From an uncultured Nitrospiraceae bacterium (lineage in GTDB: Bacteria; Nitrospirota; Nitrospiria; Nitrospirales; Nitrospiraceae): a DNA stretch of 64,000 nt. The translations under genes were made by a program, and so were the position numbers. Where the stretch lies: assembly GCA_963730935.1 (NCBI GenBank), contig CAVSTP010000004.1, positions 192,001 to 256,000 on the forward strand, written 5' to 3'. This document shows positions 29,352-38,670 of this stretch, in pieces (position 1 is the first letter of the stretch; each line of letters begins with the position of its first letter). Below the pieces are notes generated by a model. It made no database searches. It was not told where the DNA came from and worked only from the letters and a program-made list of their open reading frames with translations.

Positions 29352-30430
29352 CGGGTCACAGGCACGTCAAATGATCCCGCCGACAGGGCGGAAGCGGATC
29401 GGGGCCTGAACCGTGGAGCGCCATTGGACCTCGAACGAGCCTGCCACCACCAGGCCGCCAGTCCCATCCCGGCCAACGCCAGCCACCCGCGATGCTGATT
29501 CATCCAGGCTTGCACGCTGTGGTCGAGCGCTCCATTGCTGAATTCGCCGCGGGCGCCGTAATCACCGGGCAAGGGGGAATAGAGATTGTCCGGGCGCCCC
29601 GGTTGCACCGGTTCCTGTGTTTGTTGCGATTCGTACCCGATATAGGCGAGGTAATAGTCGAGCCAACCGGGGATGAATTTGTCTCCGATGATGGCCTGGA
29701 CGGTCGGGTAGCCGACAGCCAAATCCCGGCGACGGTGATGTGCCGCCCAATAGACGGCCCGCGCAATAACCTCAGGCTGGTAAATGGGAGGAACCGGCTG
29801 CGGGTGTCGCGGCATACGCGTCCTGATCCAGGAGAACTGCGGGGTGTTCACCGCCGGCAACTGCACGCTCGTGAGGTGAACGCGGCTGCCGTCGTGGATG
29901 AGTTCGGACCGAAGCGATTCCGTAAAGCCTTGCACCGCGTGCTTGGCGGCGCAGTAGGCCGACTGCAACGGAATCGAGCGGTAGGAAAGTGCCGAGCCGA
30001 TCTGGACCACGACACCACGATCACGCGGGACCATGCGCCGAAGCGCTGCCAGCGTGCCATATACATAGCCGAGATAGGTGACGTCTGTCACGCGGCGATA
30101 TTCGTCGGCGGTCATGTGAAGGGCAGGCGAGAGGACCGAGACCATCGCATTGTTGATCCAGATATCGATGGGCCCCAATTCCTGTTCAATGCGTTCTGCC
30201 GCTTGTTCCATTTCCCGGTCATTGGAAACGTCCATTTGGATGGCAAGTGCGCGGCCGCCCAGGCGTTCCGAATCGTGCCGGGCGCCTGCCAATCCGTCAC
30301 GACTCCTCGCGAGCAGACCCAAGGAGGCTCCGTGTCTGGCGAACTCGCGCACGATAGCCCGTCCGACGCCGGCGGACGCGCCGGTTACGACGACGACTTC
30401 CGAATGTCTTGCTCGTGATCCTCTCATCAT
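29348..30430 (-). CDS. SDR oxidoreductase with C-terminal membrane anchor
   Basis: TGASAGVG, YCAAK, PAVNTP; stop overlaps the cydA start. Confidence 0.88.
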   Translation of the reverse strand: MMRGSRARHSEVVVVTGASAGVGRAIVREFARHGASLGLLARSRDGLAGARHDSERLGGRALAIQMDVSNDREMEQAAERIEQELGPIDIWINNAMVSVLSPALHMTADEYRRVTDVTYLGYVYGTLAALRRMVPRDRGVVVQIGSALSYRSIPLQSAYCAAKHAVQGFTESLRSELIHDGSRVHLTSVQLPAVNTPQFSWIRTRMPRHPQPVPPIYQPEVIARAVYWAAHHRRRDLAVGYPTVQAIIGDKFIPGWLDYYLAYIGYESQQTQEPVQPGRPDNLYSPLPGDYGARGEFSNGALDHSVQAWMNQHRGWLALAGMGLAAWWWQARSRSNGAPRFRPRSASALSAGSFDVPVTR

Positions 30431-30648
30431 TTTGCCGCTCCCAAGCTGGTGTATGGCTGGTGACTGACGCTGACCCATTTGGAAAGAGTCAGCAGGCAGG
30501 CAAAAAGCCACCCGCAAGGCATGTAGTTACGGCGGGTTGAAAGACGCCAAACGCCTCGAAGGAGGAATGGTGGCCCAGCGTTTTCTTCCAATGGCTTCCA
30601 GGCACCCTTCCGCGTGTTACACGTCAGCCTGTCAGCCATAAAGGAGGG

Positions 30649-30665
30649 TGCAAGCAGGGTGCCGA
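30649..30665 (-). promoter_or_regulatory. Putative sigma-54 promoter for SDR-cydAB
   Basis: TCGGCACCCTGCTTGCA, near-consensus -24/-12. Confidence 0.6.
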
Positions 30666-30810
30666 CAGGATGCGACCCGCGCCATCTCTCCTCATCATTC
30701 GTCAGATGAGCTCACTCATGGGTTGGACCTTCTGTCCACCGCCCAGACAAATTGTCTGGCCATTGTGTAATCGAATCGCCCAAAGGCTGGGGAAACCCCG
30801 CATCTTCGAA

Positions 30811-30827
30811 ACGGCCCACGATTTGCA
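30811..30827 (+). promoter_or_regulatory. Putative sigma-54 promoter
   Basis: ACGGCCCACGATTTGCA, preceded by a box-like GCTGGGG-AAAC-CCCGCAT at 30786-30803. Confidence 0.45.
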
Positions 30828-30898
30828 CCACGGTCCAGATGAGACCGACAACCCTATTGAGGTGGCCCTCACCTAGCAGCACGTTCCGAGGCGCGGTG

Positions 30899-31093
30899 AT
30901 GAGCCAGTTGCTGCGTCAAATTGGCGTCGTGGTCGGGCTAACGGTCATTCTGACGTTTCCGGTGACCGTGGTATCCGGAGCCGGGTCCCAGAAACAACCC
31001 GATCATATAGCCCGTGTAGTGGTAGTGACCGGCGGGAAGGGGCAGGTGCATGGAGCGGTGGTCATGGCCAGAGCCGGCACCGAGAAGTTTTAG
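30899..31093 (+). CDS. Small exported hypothetical protein or remnant
   Basis: Signal-like MSQLLRQIGVVVGLTVILTFPV; follows a putative sigma-54 promoter. Confidence 0.3.
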   Translation: MSQLLRQIGVVVGLTVILTFPVTVVSGAGSQKQPDHIARVVVVTGGKGQVHGAVVMARAGTEKF

Positions 31094-31310
31094 CCGGCAT
31101 GAGTCCCGCCAATGAGGACGAGTAGTCTAGACGAGAGGGTGACGTATGCAACCCAGTATTGAGAAGCCATCACACGACGGAACGGCAGAGTCGGGATTAT
31201 CTTCTGCTCGGCACCTTGCCGGCTCACCGCCGTCGTTGAAGGAGTGCATGAGCCAGATGGCAAGTGAATGGATCCAACGGCGGTTTTCTACTAATAACAG
31301 GAGGGCTTTC

Positions 31311-32009
31311 ATGAAGACTACAATGTTGACGATGATGATTTTGGCCTTGTTGACCTGTTTCTTGACGACCGGTCCGGTTCCTGTCATGGCAGAGCCGACG
31401 GAATCCACCACCATGGGTGCAGGGGGCGGAGGCGGGATGCCGTCGCCCGAGAAAATTCCGCACGACAAACAAACCGATCTCACCCCCGGGCAGGCCGGCG
31501 TTCCTGAGGAATATGCGACGACGCCGGTTCGTCAAGGCAAGCTCAAGGAAGTCACAGACAGCAAATGGTTGAATCAGCCGGTGGCGAACCCGCAAGGCGA
31601 AAAGCTCGGAAAGATCACGAAGGTGCTGAAGGACGAAAAGACACAGAGCATCGAGTATGTGATGTTCCAGTTGAATGATGCTCAAGCGGCCCGTCCTCTG
31701 CCCTGGAGCAAGTTCCAGGAGAAGGGCGACAAGCTGGTGCTGAATGCGACCAAGGAAGAGCTGGCTACCAGTGTGAGTTCAAAGGATTCGAAAGACATGT
31801 CTCCAGATCTGGCGATGTTCATGGATGAGATCGAGCAGAAGCGAAATGAGCCGAAGGCTGCAGGGGGCGGTAATGAGGCGAAGGCAGGTGATCCTGGCTC
31901 GCTGTCGGGCGCCGCTACCATGGGTGAAGACGCGACTGGGACGCATCGGTCGGCCCCTGCGACACCGGCACCCAGCTTTAAGCACGAAGGCGAAAAAGCC
32001 AAGAAGTAG
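31311..32009 (+). CDS. PRC-barrel domain exported protein
   Basis: AGGAGG RBS, signal peptide, VANPQGEKLGKI..V...IEYV...LPWSKF. Confidence 0.85.
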   Translation: MKTTMLTMMILALLTCFLTTGPVPVMAEPTESTTMGAGGGGGMPSPEKIPHDKQTDLTPGQAGVPEEYATTPVRQGKLKEVTDSKWLNQPVANPQGEKLGKITKVLKDEKTQSIEYVMFQLNDAQAARPLPWSKFQEKGDKLVLNATKEELATSVSSKDSKDMSPDLAMFMDEIEQKRNEPKAAGGGNEAKAGDPGSLSGAATMGEDATGTHRSAPATPAPSFKHEGEKAKK

Positions 32010-32020
32010 TCTCCGCACCG

Positions 32021-32062
32021 CCTTGTCCCGCCGCTACCGTCTCACGGTCGGGCGGGACAAGG
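32021..32062 (+). terminator. Long hairpin after the PRC-barrel gene
   Basis: CCTTGTCCCGCC...GGCGGGACAAGG 12-bp stem plus an inner ACCGT/ACGGT stem. Confidence 0.55.
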
Positions 32063-32212
32063 TGCTTCCTCAAGTTTGTGCGCTTCGCGTTCCTCCATTT
32101 TCTCTTGCTGGCGCTGCCGGATCTTTTGTCCCGTCTCGGCTAACTTGTCTGGCTTTTGTGGCGCACGATCGTCGCAGATCAGCCTCGATCAATGGTTCCA
32201 GCCAGTCGGCAT

Positions 32213-32229
32213 GCGGCCTGTGTCTTGCA
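32213..32229 (+). promoter_or_regulatory. Putative sigma-54 promoter
   Basis: GCGGCCTGTGTCTTGCA upstream of 32307. Confidence 0.45.
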
Positions 32230-32306
32230 CCTCGTTGTGATTGTTTCTTGCGAAGGCGATCGCACACTTCAATCACGTAGTACACATTTTCATGGAGGGA
32301 AACACA

Positions 32307-32840
32307 ATGAAAGGACATCGCATCATACTCGGATCTGCTCTGGTAATGCTTGCGGGTTGTCAGACTATCGGAGGAGAGAGCATGCCGACGTTGACGCGCA
32401 CGGGCGAAGTTAAGGATGTGGTTATCCGTGAGACCGCCGACCCTGCAACACTGACGGTCAATCCCGGCGACGAGGTCCGTTGGATCAACAAACGTCAGGA
32501 CAATGTCAAGGTGATTTTCTTGAATCCGATGACGGAAAACCTCTCGTGTCAGCGAAACTTCGGCGGACTGCTGGGATTCGGAACCAAGCGCAACGAGTAT
32601 TCGGCCAAATTGGGGCCCAATGAGACTGCAAGCGTCTGTTTTCGCGACCCCGGTGAGGTGAAATATGTGGTACGTGCCAAGTCAGGCGATCCTATAGGCG
32701 AGCAAAATATCGCCGGCTCGATCGCGATCGGGCGGGACATGGCTCGTGAAGCCCCTGTTCAGAAGGAGGACCGCCGGACCTCAAGCAGCGAAGAGCGTAG
32801 CGCCGCACGTGTTGAAGATGAGCCCGTGACAGCTCGCTAG
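32307..32840 (+). CDS. Lipoprotein with cupredoxin-like fold
   Basis: Lipobox LAGC; PATLTVNPGDEVRWIN; no type-1 Cu ligand set visible. Confidence 0.7.
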   Translation: MKGHRIILGSALVMLAGCQTIGGESMPTLTRTGEVKDVVIRETADPATLTVNPGDEVRWINKRQDNVKVIFLNPMTENLSCQRNFGGLLGFGTKRNEYSAKLGPNETASVCFRDPGEVKYVVRAKSGDPIGEQNIAGSIAIGRDMAREAPVQKEDRRTSSSEERSAARVEDEPVTAR

Positions 32841-32976
32841 GGAAAATGCTGGGGACATGACTGGGGTTCACGCTTAGGGTGAGCTAGAGAGTTCACTAAT
32901 GTCCCCAGTCATAGCCTTATGGTCTTATGGGCCAGCGACGCGGAGCCTCTTCTTGTTAACTTGTAAAGGAGGCGTC

Positions 32977-33234
32977 ATGATGCAATTAGTCCAGGATTGG
33001 TATGTCGCACGCGAGGTCAATCACGACGAGAGCTTGACTGAGACGTTGATGGAGTGGTTCAGTCGCCGGCCCTCGTTATGTGACGTGACCGTGTTTGTTG
33101 CAGACGGCGTGGCGACGTTGCGGGGATCGGTCCCGACGAATTGGGAAAGGGCGCTGGCGATCGAGTTGGCCTGGGATGCGGGAGCCGAGGATATTCAGGA
33201 CGATCTAAAGTTGACACGACCGCTGGCCGCCTAA
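32977..33234 (+). CDS. BON-domain protein
   Basis: AAGGAGG RBS; VFVADGVATLRGSV...A..LA..AGA..I.DDL. Confidence 0.75.
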   Translation: MMQLVQDWYVAREVNHDESLTETLMEWFSRRPSLCDVTVFVADGVATLRGSVPTNWERALAIELAWDAGAEDIQDDLKLTRPLAA

Positions 33235-33254
33235 CCGCTTCCGCCTATTTTCTT

Positions 33255-33287
33255 TGACCGGCATCGAGAGCGGCTCAATGCCGGTCA
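33255..33287. terminator. Hairpin terminator
   Basis: TGACCGGCAT...ATGCCGGTCA stem with T-rich flanks. Confidence 0.55.
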
Positions 33288-33379
33288 TTCCTTCTACAAC
33301 AGCATGTGCCGGAATCTACAAGGGAGGGGTGGTGTCCCTACTTCTCCTCCCTGATCGACGAGGGGTGTGACATAGGGCT

Positions 33380-35102
33380 ATGCGATTTGCTGCAGTCGCC
33401 ATAGATTACGACGGAACGCTGGCTCAAGACGGTCTTGTCGATTCCTCCACGGCCGCCGCGCTGGAACAGGTGGTGGCCTCGGGGCGAAAGTTTATCCTCG
33501 TGACGGGCCGCATGCTGCATGAGCTGTTACCGCTCTTTCCGCAAGCCACGCTCTGCGCCAGAATCGTCGCTGAGAACGGAGCCGTGTTATATCGCCCCGC
33601 GACCCGCGAACAACGTCTTCTGGCGGCTCCGGCCTCACCCGCCTTGATCGACACCTTGAAGCGCAAAGGGGTGACACCTCTCGACGTGGGCGACTCCATC
33701 ATTGCGACCGTGAGGCCTCACGAAGTACCGATCATGGAAGCGATTCGGGATCTGGGACTCGAACATCACGTCATCTTCAACCGAGAGTCGGTTATGGTCC
33801 TGCCGCCGGGCATCAACAAGGCGACTGGCTTGGCTGCAGCGCTGGATGAGCTGCAGCTGTCCCACCACGAGGTGGTCGGCATCGGAGACAGCGAAAACGA
33901 CCATGCCCTGTTTCAGGCAAGTGAGCTGGCCGTCGCGGTGGCCAGTGCGGTGCCGACGTTGCGTGACGCAGCCGATTGGGTGACGGCGCGAAGCAACGGA
34001 GCCGGTACGAGAGAAGCGTTGCTTGCCCTTGTCGCAGACGACATGGTGGGTCACGCCAAACGGCTCACCCGGCACCGCATCACGTTAGGATCGCGAGGGG
34101 CAGGTGAACCGGTGACGATGTCGCCTGTAGGGGAAAATCTGTTGATCGCCGGCACGTCCGGCAGCGGAAAATCCACCTTGGCACACGCCATCCTTGAACA
34201 GTTGATCGACCAGGGCTATCAGTGCTGCGTGATTGATCCCGAGGGCGATTATCCCTCGATGGAAAAAATGATCATGTTTGGGAATTCGCAGCGAGGCCCT
34301 ACGGCGGTCGAAGTGATGACTGCTCTGGAAAATCCCAAGGCGCAGGTCATCGTCAACCTCGTCGGGCTTTCCCTGGAGGATCGTCCGGCCTTCTTTTTGG
34401 AGCTGCTGCCCAAACTCCAAAAGAGGTGTGTGCACACAGGGCGGCCTCATCGCATCCTGGTGGATGAAGCACATCATCTCATGCCGAAAAGCTGGCGCGC
34501 GACGCCGGAATCTCTTGGAGATCTTCAAAGCATGGTCTTCGTGACCGTTCACCCTGATCAGCTCGCGCCCCAAGTGCTCGCTTCGGTCGATCTGGCTGTC
34601 GCCCTGGGCCACGAGCCGGCCTCGACGTTACAGCCTCTGGCGGATTATCGTCATTCTCGCCGGATGACCACTGCACGTGTGGATGAATTGAAGCCAGGCG
34701 AAGCCCTGTTCTGGGGACGAGCCGAAGATCTGCCGCCCAAGCGACTGCTGATGGCGGTTCCACGCGCCGAGCGGCAACGCCATCGTCGAAAATATGCGGA
34801 AGGGGAGCTGCCTCCTGAGCGCAGTTTTTATTTCCGAGGTCCCGAGGGCAAGCTCAATCTCCGTGCGCAGAATCTCATCATGTTCCGTCAACTCGCGGAT
34901 GGCATCGATGACGAGACCTGGCTCCATCACCTTCGACAGGGAGACTATTCTCGATGGATGAAAACGGCCATCAAAGATCCTTCCTTAGCGGAGATCGTCC
35001 ATGAGGTGGAGGACATGCCAGGAGCTTTCCGCGCACGACAGCCGGCAACGCGTTGCCACCGCAATTCAAGAGCGATACACCCTGCCGGCCACTGGAATCT
35101 AA
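33380..35102 (+). CDS. HAD-IIB (Cof-like) hydrolase fused to a P-loop NTPase; +1 frameshift near the 3' end
   Basis: DYDGTL, TGR, NKATGL, GDSEND; GTSGSGKST, IDPEGD, LVDEAH; plausible tail SRQRVATAIQERYTLPA in the +1 frame ending at TAA 35102. Confidence 0.85.
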
Positions 35103-35124
35103 TGCCGTGCAGAAAGGAGGTACC

Positions 35125-35198
35125 ATGCGCGTACTCTTAGTCCTACTGTTTGGATGGTCAGCTTGATGTTTAGCGCCTGTGCGGAGGAAGGGCAATAG
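35125..35198 (+). pseudogene. Tiny lipoprotein remnant (frameshifted)
   Basis: AAGGAGG RBS; MRVLLVLLF then, in a shifted frame, MVSLMFSACAEEGQ* with lipobox FSAC. Confidence 0.4.
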
Positions 35199-35425
35199 TT
35201 ATTGGCTGCGTCGCGCTCCCGACACACATCGTCAAGCGGGATGTTAAAATTCCTCCGCTTGTTTCCAACACCGCATACTTGATCTGGTCCATCATTCCAA
35301 CCCTGAGTTTCGCGCCGCGGCAGCGAGCACATCTTTTTCATCGACACGCGCACGGTTCATTCATCAATCTGAATCTCCGTTGAATGACGGGTCCATTCCA
35401 TATGCCCGCTTGCAGGTGTGACGAA

Positions 35426-35719
35426 TCACCGAATGGGAGCCGGCGGAATGGGTTCGGGTTGCGGCGGTGGAACCGGAGAGGGTGGAATGGGCTTTCCAGG
35501 AGGCGAGGGAACAGGAGCGGGTGGAATCGGTTGAGGATCACCAGACTCTGCGTATCCCGGTTGCACAGGGGCCAGTCCGATGCACAGGACCACGCTCGCT
35601 GCCCACAGGAACAGTGGGGGAGGGCGTCGGACGACTGGTCGGCAACGATACTGCGGTATTTCCATGCTCGGCAGCTTCGTCAGCCTGCACTGTGCGACCG
35701 TACATGTGACTCTGAACAT
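35426..35719 (-). CDS. Proline-rich secreted microprotein (start uncertain)
   Basis: Hydrophobic segment, GYA cleavage-like site, then PQPIPP/PVPPP repeats. Confidence 0.5.
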   Translation of the reverse strand: MFRVTCTVAQCRLTKLPSMEIPQYRCRPVVRRPPPLFLWAASVVLCIGLAPVQPGYAESGDPQPIPPAPVPSPPGKPIPPSPVPPPQPEPIPPAPIR

Positions 35720-35733
35720 GGCCTAGCTTCCGA

Positions 35734-36699
35734 TCAACTCGCCCTCCTGATATCGCGATAGAAGTTTGTTTCTGTGGTCGAGTCGATCAACGCTTCCTCG
35801 GGCGTTCCAATGATCCCGCCGATTACCGAGACGGCCAGACTGATGAGTGCTAATCCCGAGAGCCACAGCGACACCATTCCCAGACGATCCAACGCGTCTG
35901 CCTCCAGGGCCATCGACCGCTGCTTGGCGCCACGGAACGTGTCTTGTAGGGGGCCGAGCAAGCCAATCGTCGATTGCACGACGTCTCGGGCTTGGGCGTC
36001 GGACATCCCGAACTTATTCACCATGAGATTGACGGCGGCATCACGGTCGAGTGCAGTGAGCCTGTCGCGTAATTGGGCCAACGATTGATCGGTGATACGG
36101 CTCAGTGGTTCTCCCTGTCGTAGCGTGTCGGCGGTACGAGGGGCGTCGTGCTGCGCGGTGTCCGGTTGCAATTCAGGCTTCCCGGTCGCGCGAACGACCG
36201 ATTCGATTTCCCGCCGCACGTCATCCACAGACAGTTTGATGCGTCCTGCGGTCCGTGACACGGCCGCAGACGCGGCGTTCGAGAGCCCCGGTCCCAAGGT
36301 CTGAAGCGTGGTGCCGAAGATGGAAAATGCGCCGCCGATGACGGTGGCCATTGCCGTCGTCGTCAACCAGACGAACAGCAACCAGTTGACGCCCCACACG
36401 ACGACGCCATGATAGAGACCGTCCGCGCGGTCGCCGCTTCCGGATACGCGAGCGGTCAGATAGCCGCCGACGAACGCGGAGAGGAGCATCGAAAGGCCGG
36501 TCCACACGGCGGCTCCAACCGGAATGCTTTCTATAGGATTTGCGTCATGGAGATCGATCGCCCAGGCACCCAAGCCCAAGCCTGCTAGCGTCAGCACGGT
36601 CTGCAACGCCAATCCCACCGCCCATCCCGCAAACACGGCACTCCATTTGATCCTCGGATTGCCTGTCGAGCATTGGGAAAAGGTGCGATCGACTTCCAT
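35734..36699 (-). CDS. Conserved membrane protein (YrzE-like N-terminus)
   Basis: RIKWSAVFAG, FVGGYLTAR, GLYHGVVVWG; soluble helical middle and C-terminal TM. Confidence 0.75.
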   Translation of the reverse strand: MEVDRTFSQCSTGNPRIKWSAVFAGWAVGLALQTVLTLAGLGLGAWAIDLHDANPIESIPVGAAVWTGLSMLLSAFVGGYLTARVSGSGDRADGLYHGVVVWGVNWLLFVWLTTTAMATVIGGAFSIFGTTLQTLGPGLSNAASAAVSRTAGRIKLSVDDVRREIESVVRATGKPELQPDTAQHDAPRTADTLRQGEPLSRITDQSLAQLRDRLTALDRDAAVNLMVNKFGMSDAQARDVVQSTIGLLGPLQDTFRGAKQRSMALEADALDRLGMVSLWLSGLALISLAVSVIGGIIGTPEEALIDSTTETNFYRDIRRAS

Positions 36700-36709
36700 G
36701 CGGCCTTCC

Positions 36710-37147
36710 CTATGCTGCGGAGGCTTGATAGGCGGTGTGAGATTGGCGGCGGACAAGAAGTGCTGGTTTTGGCACACCACAGACCGCGGACCGGATCGTG
36801 TTGAGCAGGTCGGAGCGGTCGAACGGTTTCTCGAGGATGGCATAGGCTGGTTCAAGCAAGCCGTGAGCCGTCTGTCCAGTCAACAGCACATCGCTGGTCG
36901 CCAAAATGACAGGCAGATCGGGCCACATGGCTTGTGCGAGGTCCAAGAGCTCCAGCCCGTCCATTTTGGGCATGTGATAGTCGGTCAACAGCACGTCATA
37001 GCGGCGCTTCTTGAGCGAGTCGATGGCCTCAAGCCCGTTGCACACTTCGTAGACGTTGTACCCGGCTTCGCCCAAAATCGTGCAAATGAGCGTCCGAACA
37101 GCATCGTCGTCCTCGGCGACGAGCACTCGCTTTCCGTAGCCGTCCAT
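36710..37147 (-). CDS. Single-domain response regulator
   Basis: VLVAEDD, LTDYHMP, ATS, EKPF. Confidence 0.85.
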   Translation of the reverse strand: MDGYGKRVLVAEDDDAVRTLICTILGEAGYNVYEVCNGLEAIDSLKKRRYDVLLTDYHMPKMDGLELLDLAQAMWPDLPVILATSDVLLTGQTAHGLLEPAYAILEKPFDRSDLLNTIRSAVCGVPKPALLVRRQSHTAYQASAA

Positions 37148-37314
37148 CGCAGAACCTCCTTGCGGTGTAAAGATCATTTGAGCTGGGGGAGCAAGGTCCG
37201 GACCTTGACGCGGCGTGAAACCAAGCGAACATGGCTGGGGTTTCCGCAATGCGGACCAGGGAAAGACCCCTGTGATCAGGACGCTCTGTTCAGTGAAGGG
37301 ACAAAATGTCCGCG

Positions 37315-38670
37315 TCAGCAGGGAAAGCCGAAATACCGGAGTTTTCTCAGCAGCGTCTTGCGATGGATGCCCAGAATCGCCGCCGCCCTTCCGAGATCCT
37401 GGTTATGCGCTTCGAGCACGCGGAGAATGTGGTCCTTCTCCAGTTCGGCCAGCGTCACCCACCCTCGTGCTTGGGCGGCGGCCTGCACGGTGGCGCTTTG
37501 AATGCTTTGCGGCAGGTCCTCGGGAAAGACCACAGGGTGCGGGGTCAATGCCACGGCGCGTTCGATCGCATGCTCAAGCTCGCGAATGTTCCCCGGCCAC
37601 CAGTACCGGTTCAGTAAAGCCAAGGCGTCGGGCGAGATCCCCGTCACCGGCGGTGATTTTTTCCCGCCGTACATCTGGATGAAATATTGGGTCAACAGCG
37701 GAATATCTTCGGCGCGTTCGCGGAGTGGGGGAATGATGATGGTCACGACATTCAACCGGTAATACAAATCTTCACGGAACGTCCCGGCCTTGACCAGCTG
37801 CTCCAAGTCCTTCTTCGAGGCTGCCACGATACGGACGTCGATGGTCATGGGGCTCGTACTGCCAACCCTCCTGATCTCCCGTTCCTGGATCACCCGTAGG
37901 AGCTTGCCCTGCAGCACGGGCGAGAGATCGGCGACCTCATCGAGGAAACAGGTGCCCAGATGGGCCTTTTCCAGCAAGCCTTTTTTCGATGCCACCGCAC
38001 CAGTAAAGGAACCGCGCTCGTGCCCGAACAACTCCGATTCCAGCAGCGTTTCCGCGAGAGAGCCTCCATCGACGGCCACAAATGGACCGGCGCTCCTCGC
38101 GCTGTTGGCATGAATCGCCCTGGCGATCAGCTCCTTCCCTGTGCCGCTTTCGCCTTGAAGGAGGACCGTGCTTTCCGTGTTCGCCACGCGCGCAATCGAC
38201 TTATAGACGGACACAATGCCAGGGCTGCTGCCGACTAGATTGTCGAAGCGGTAGCGGTGTTTGAGCTGTTCTTTGAGCGCTTGGTTTTGTCGCGAGAGAT
38301 TCTTGTGTTCCAGGGCCCGCTTGACCACCAGCCGGATGTCGTCAACGATGAAGGGTTTGCTCAAATAGTCGAATGCGCCTGAACGGAGGCCATCCACGGC
38401 GGTTTTGAGCGAGCCGTACGCGGTCATCAGGATGACCGGCACGTCTTGGTGTCGAACCCGGAGTTCGGCCAGAAGCCCCATGCCATCCAGATCGGGCATG
38501 TGAATGTCTGAAATCACCAGATCGGGAGGACGGCTGTTGACTCGATCGAGCGCGGTCTTGCCGTCGGCCGCGGTGTCCACGCTGTAGCCTTCCTTCGAGA
38601 GAATTTCCCGAAGCAGCGTCACCGTTTCTTCGTCGTCATCGACGACCAGTATATGAGCAGGATCGTCCAT
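37315..38670 (-). CDS. NtrC-family sigma-54-dependent response regulator
   Basis: Receiver, GESGTGKE, ESELFGHERGSFTGA, FLDEV, WPGNIREL, Fis HTH. Confidence 0.95.
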   Translation of the reverse strand: MDDPAHILVVDDDEETVTLLREILSKEGYSVDTAADGKTALDRVNSRPPDLVISDIHMPDLDGMGLLAELRVRHQDVPVILMTAYGSLKTAVDGLRSGAFDYLSKPFIVDDIRLVVKRALEHKNLSRQNQALKEQLKHRYRFDNLVGSSPGIVSVYKSIARVANTESTVLLQGESGTGKELIARAIHANSARSAGPFVAVDGGSLAETLLESELFGHERGSFTGAVASKKGLLEKAHLGTCFLDEVADLSPVLQGKLLRVIQEREIRRVGSTSPMTIDVRIVAASKKDLEQLVKAGTFREDLYYRLNVVTIIIPPLRERAEDIPLLTQYFIQMYGGKKSPPVTGISPDALALLNRYWWPGNIRELEHAIERAVALTPHPVVFPEDLPQSIQSATVQAAAQARGWVTLAELEKDHILRVLEAHNQDLGRAAAILGIHRKTLLRKLRYFGFPC

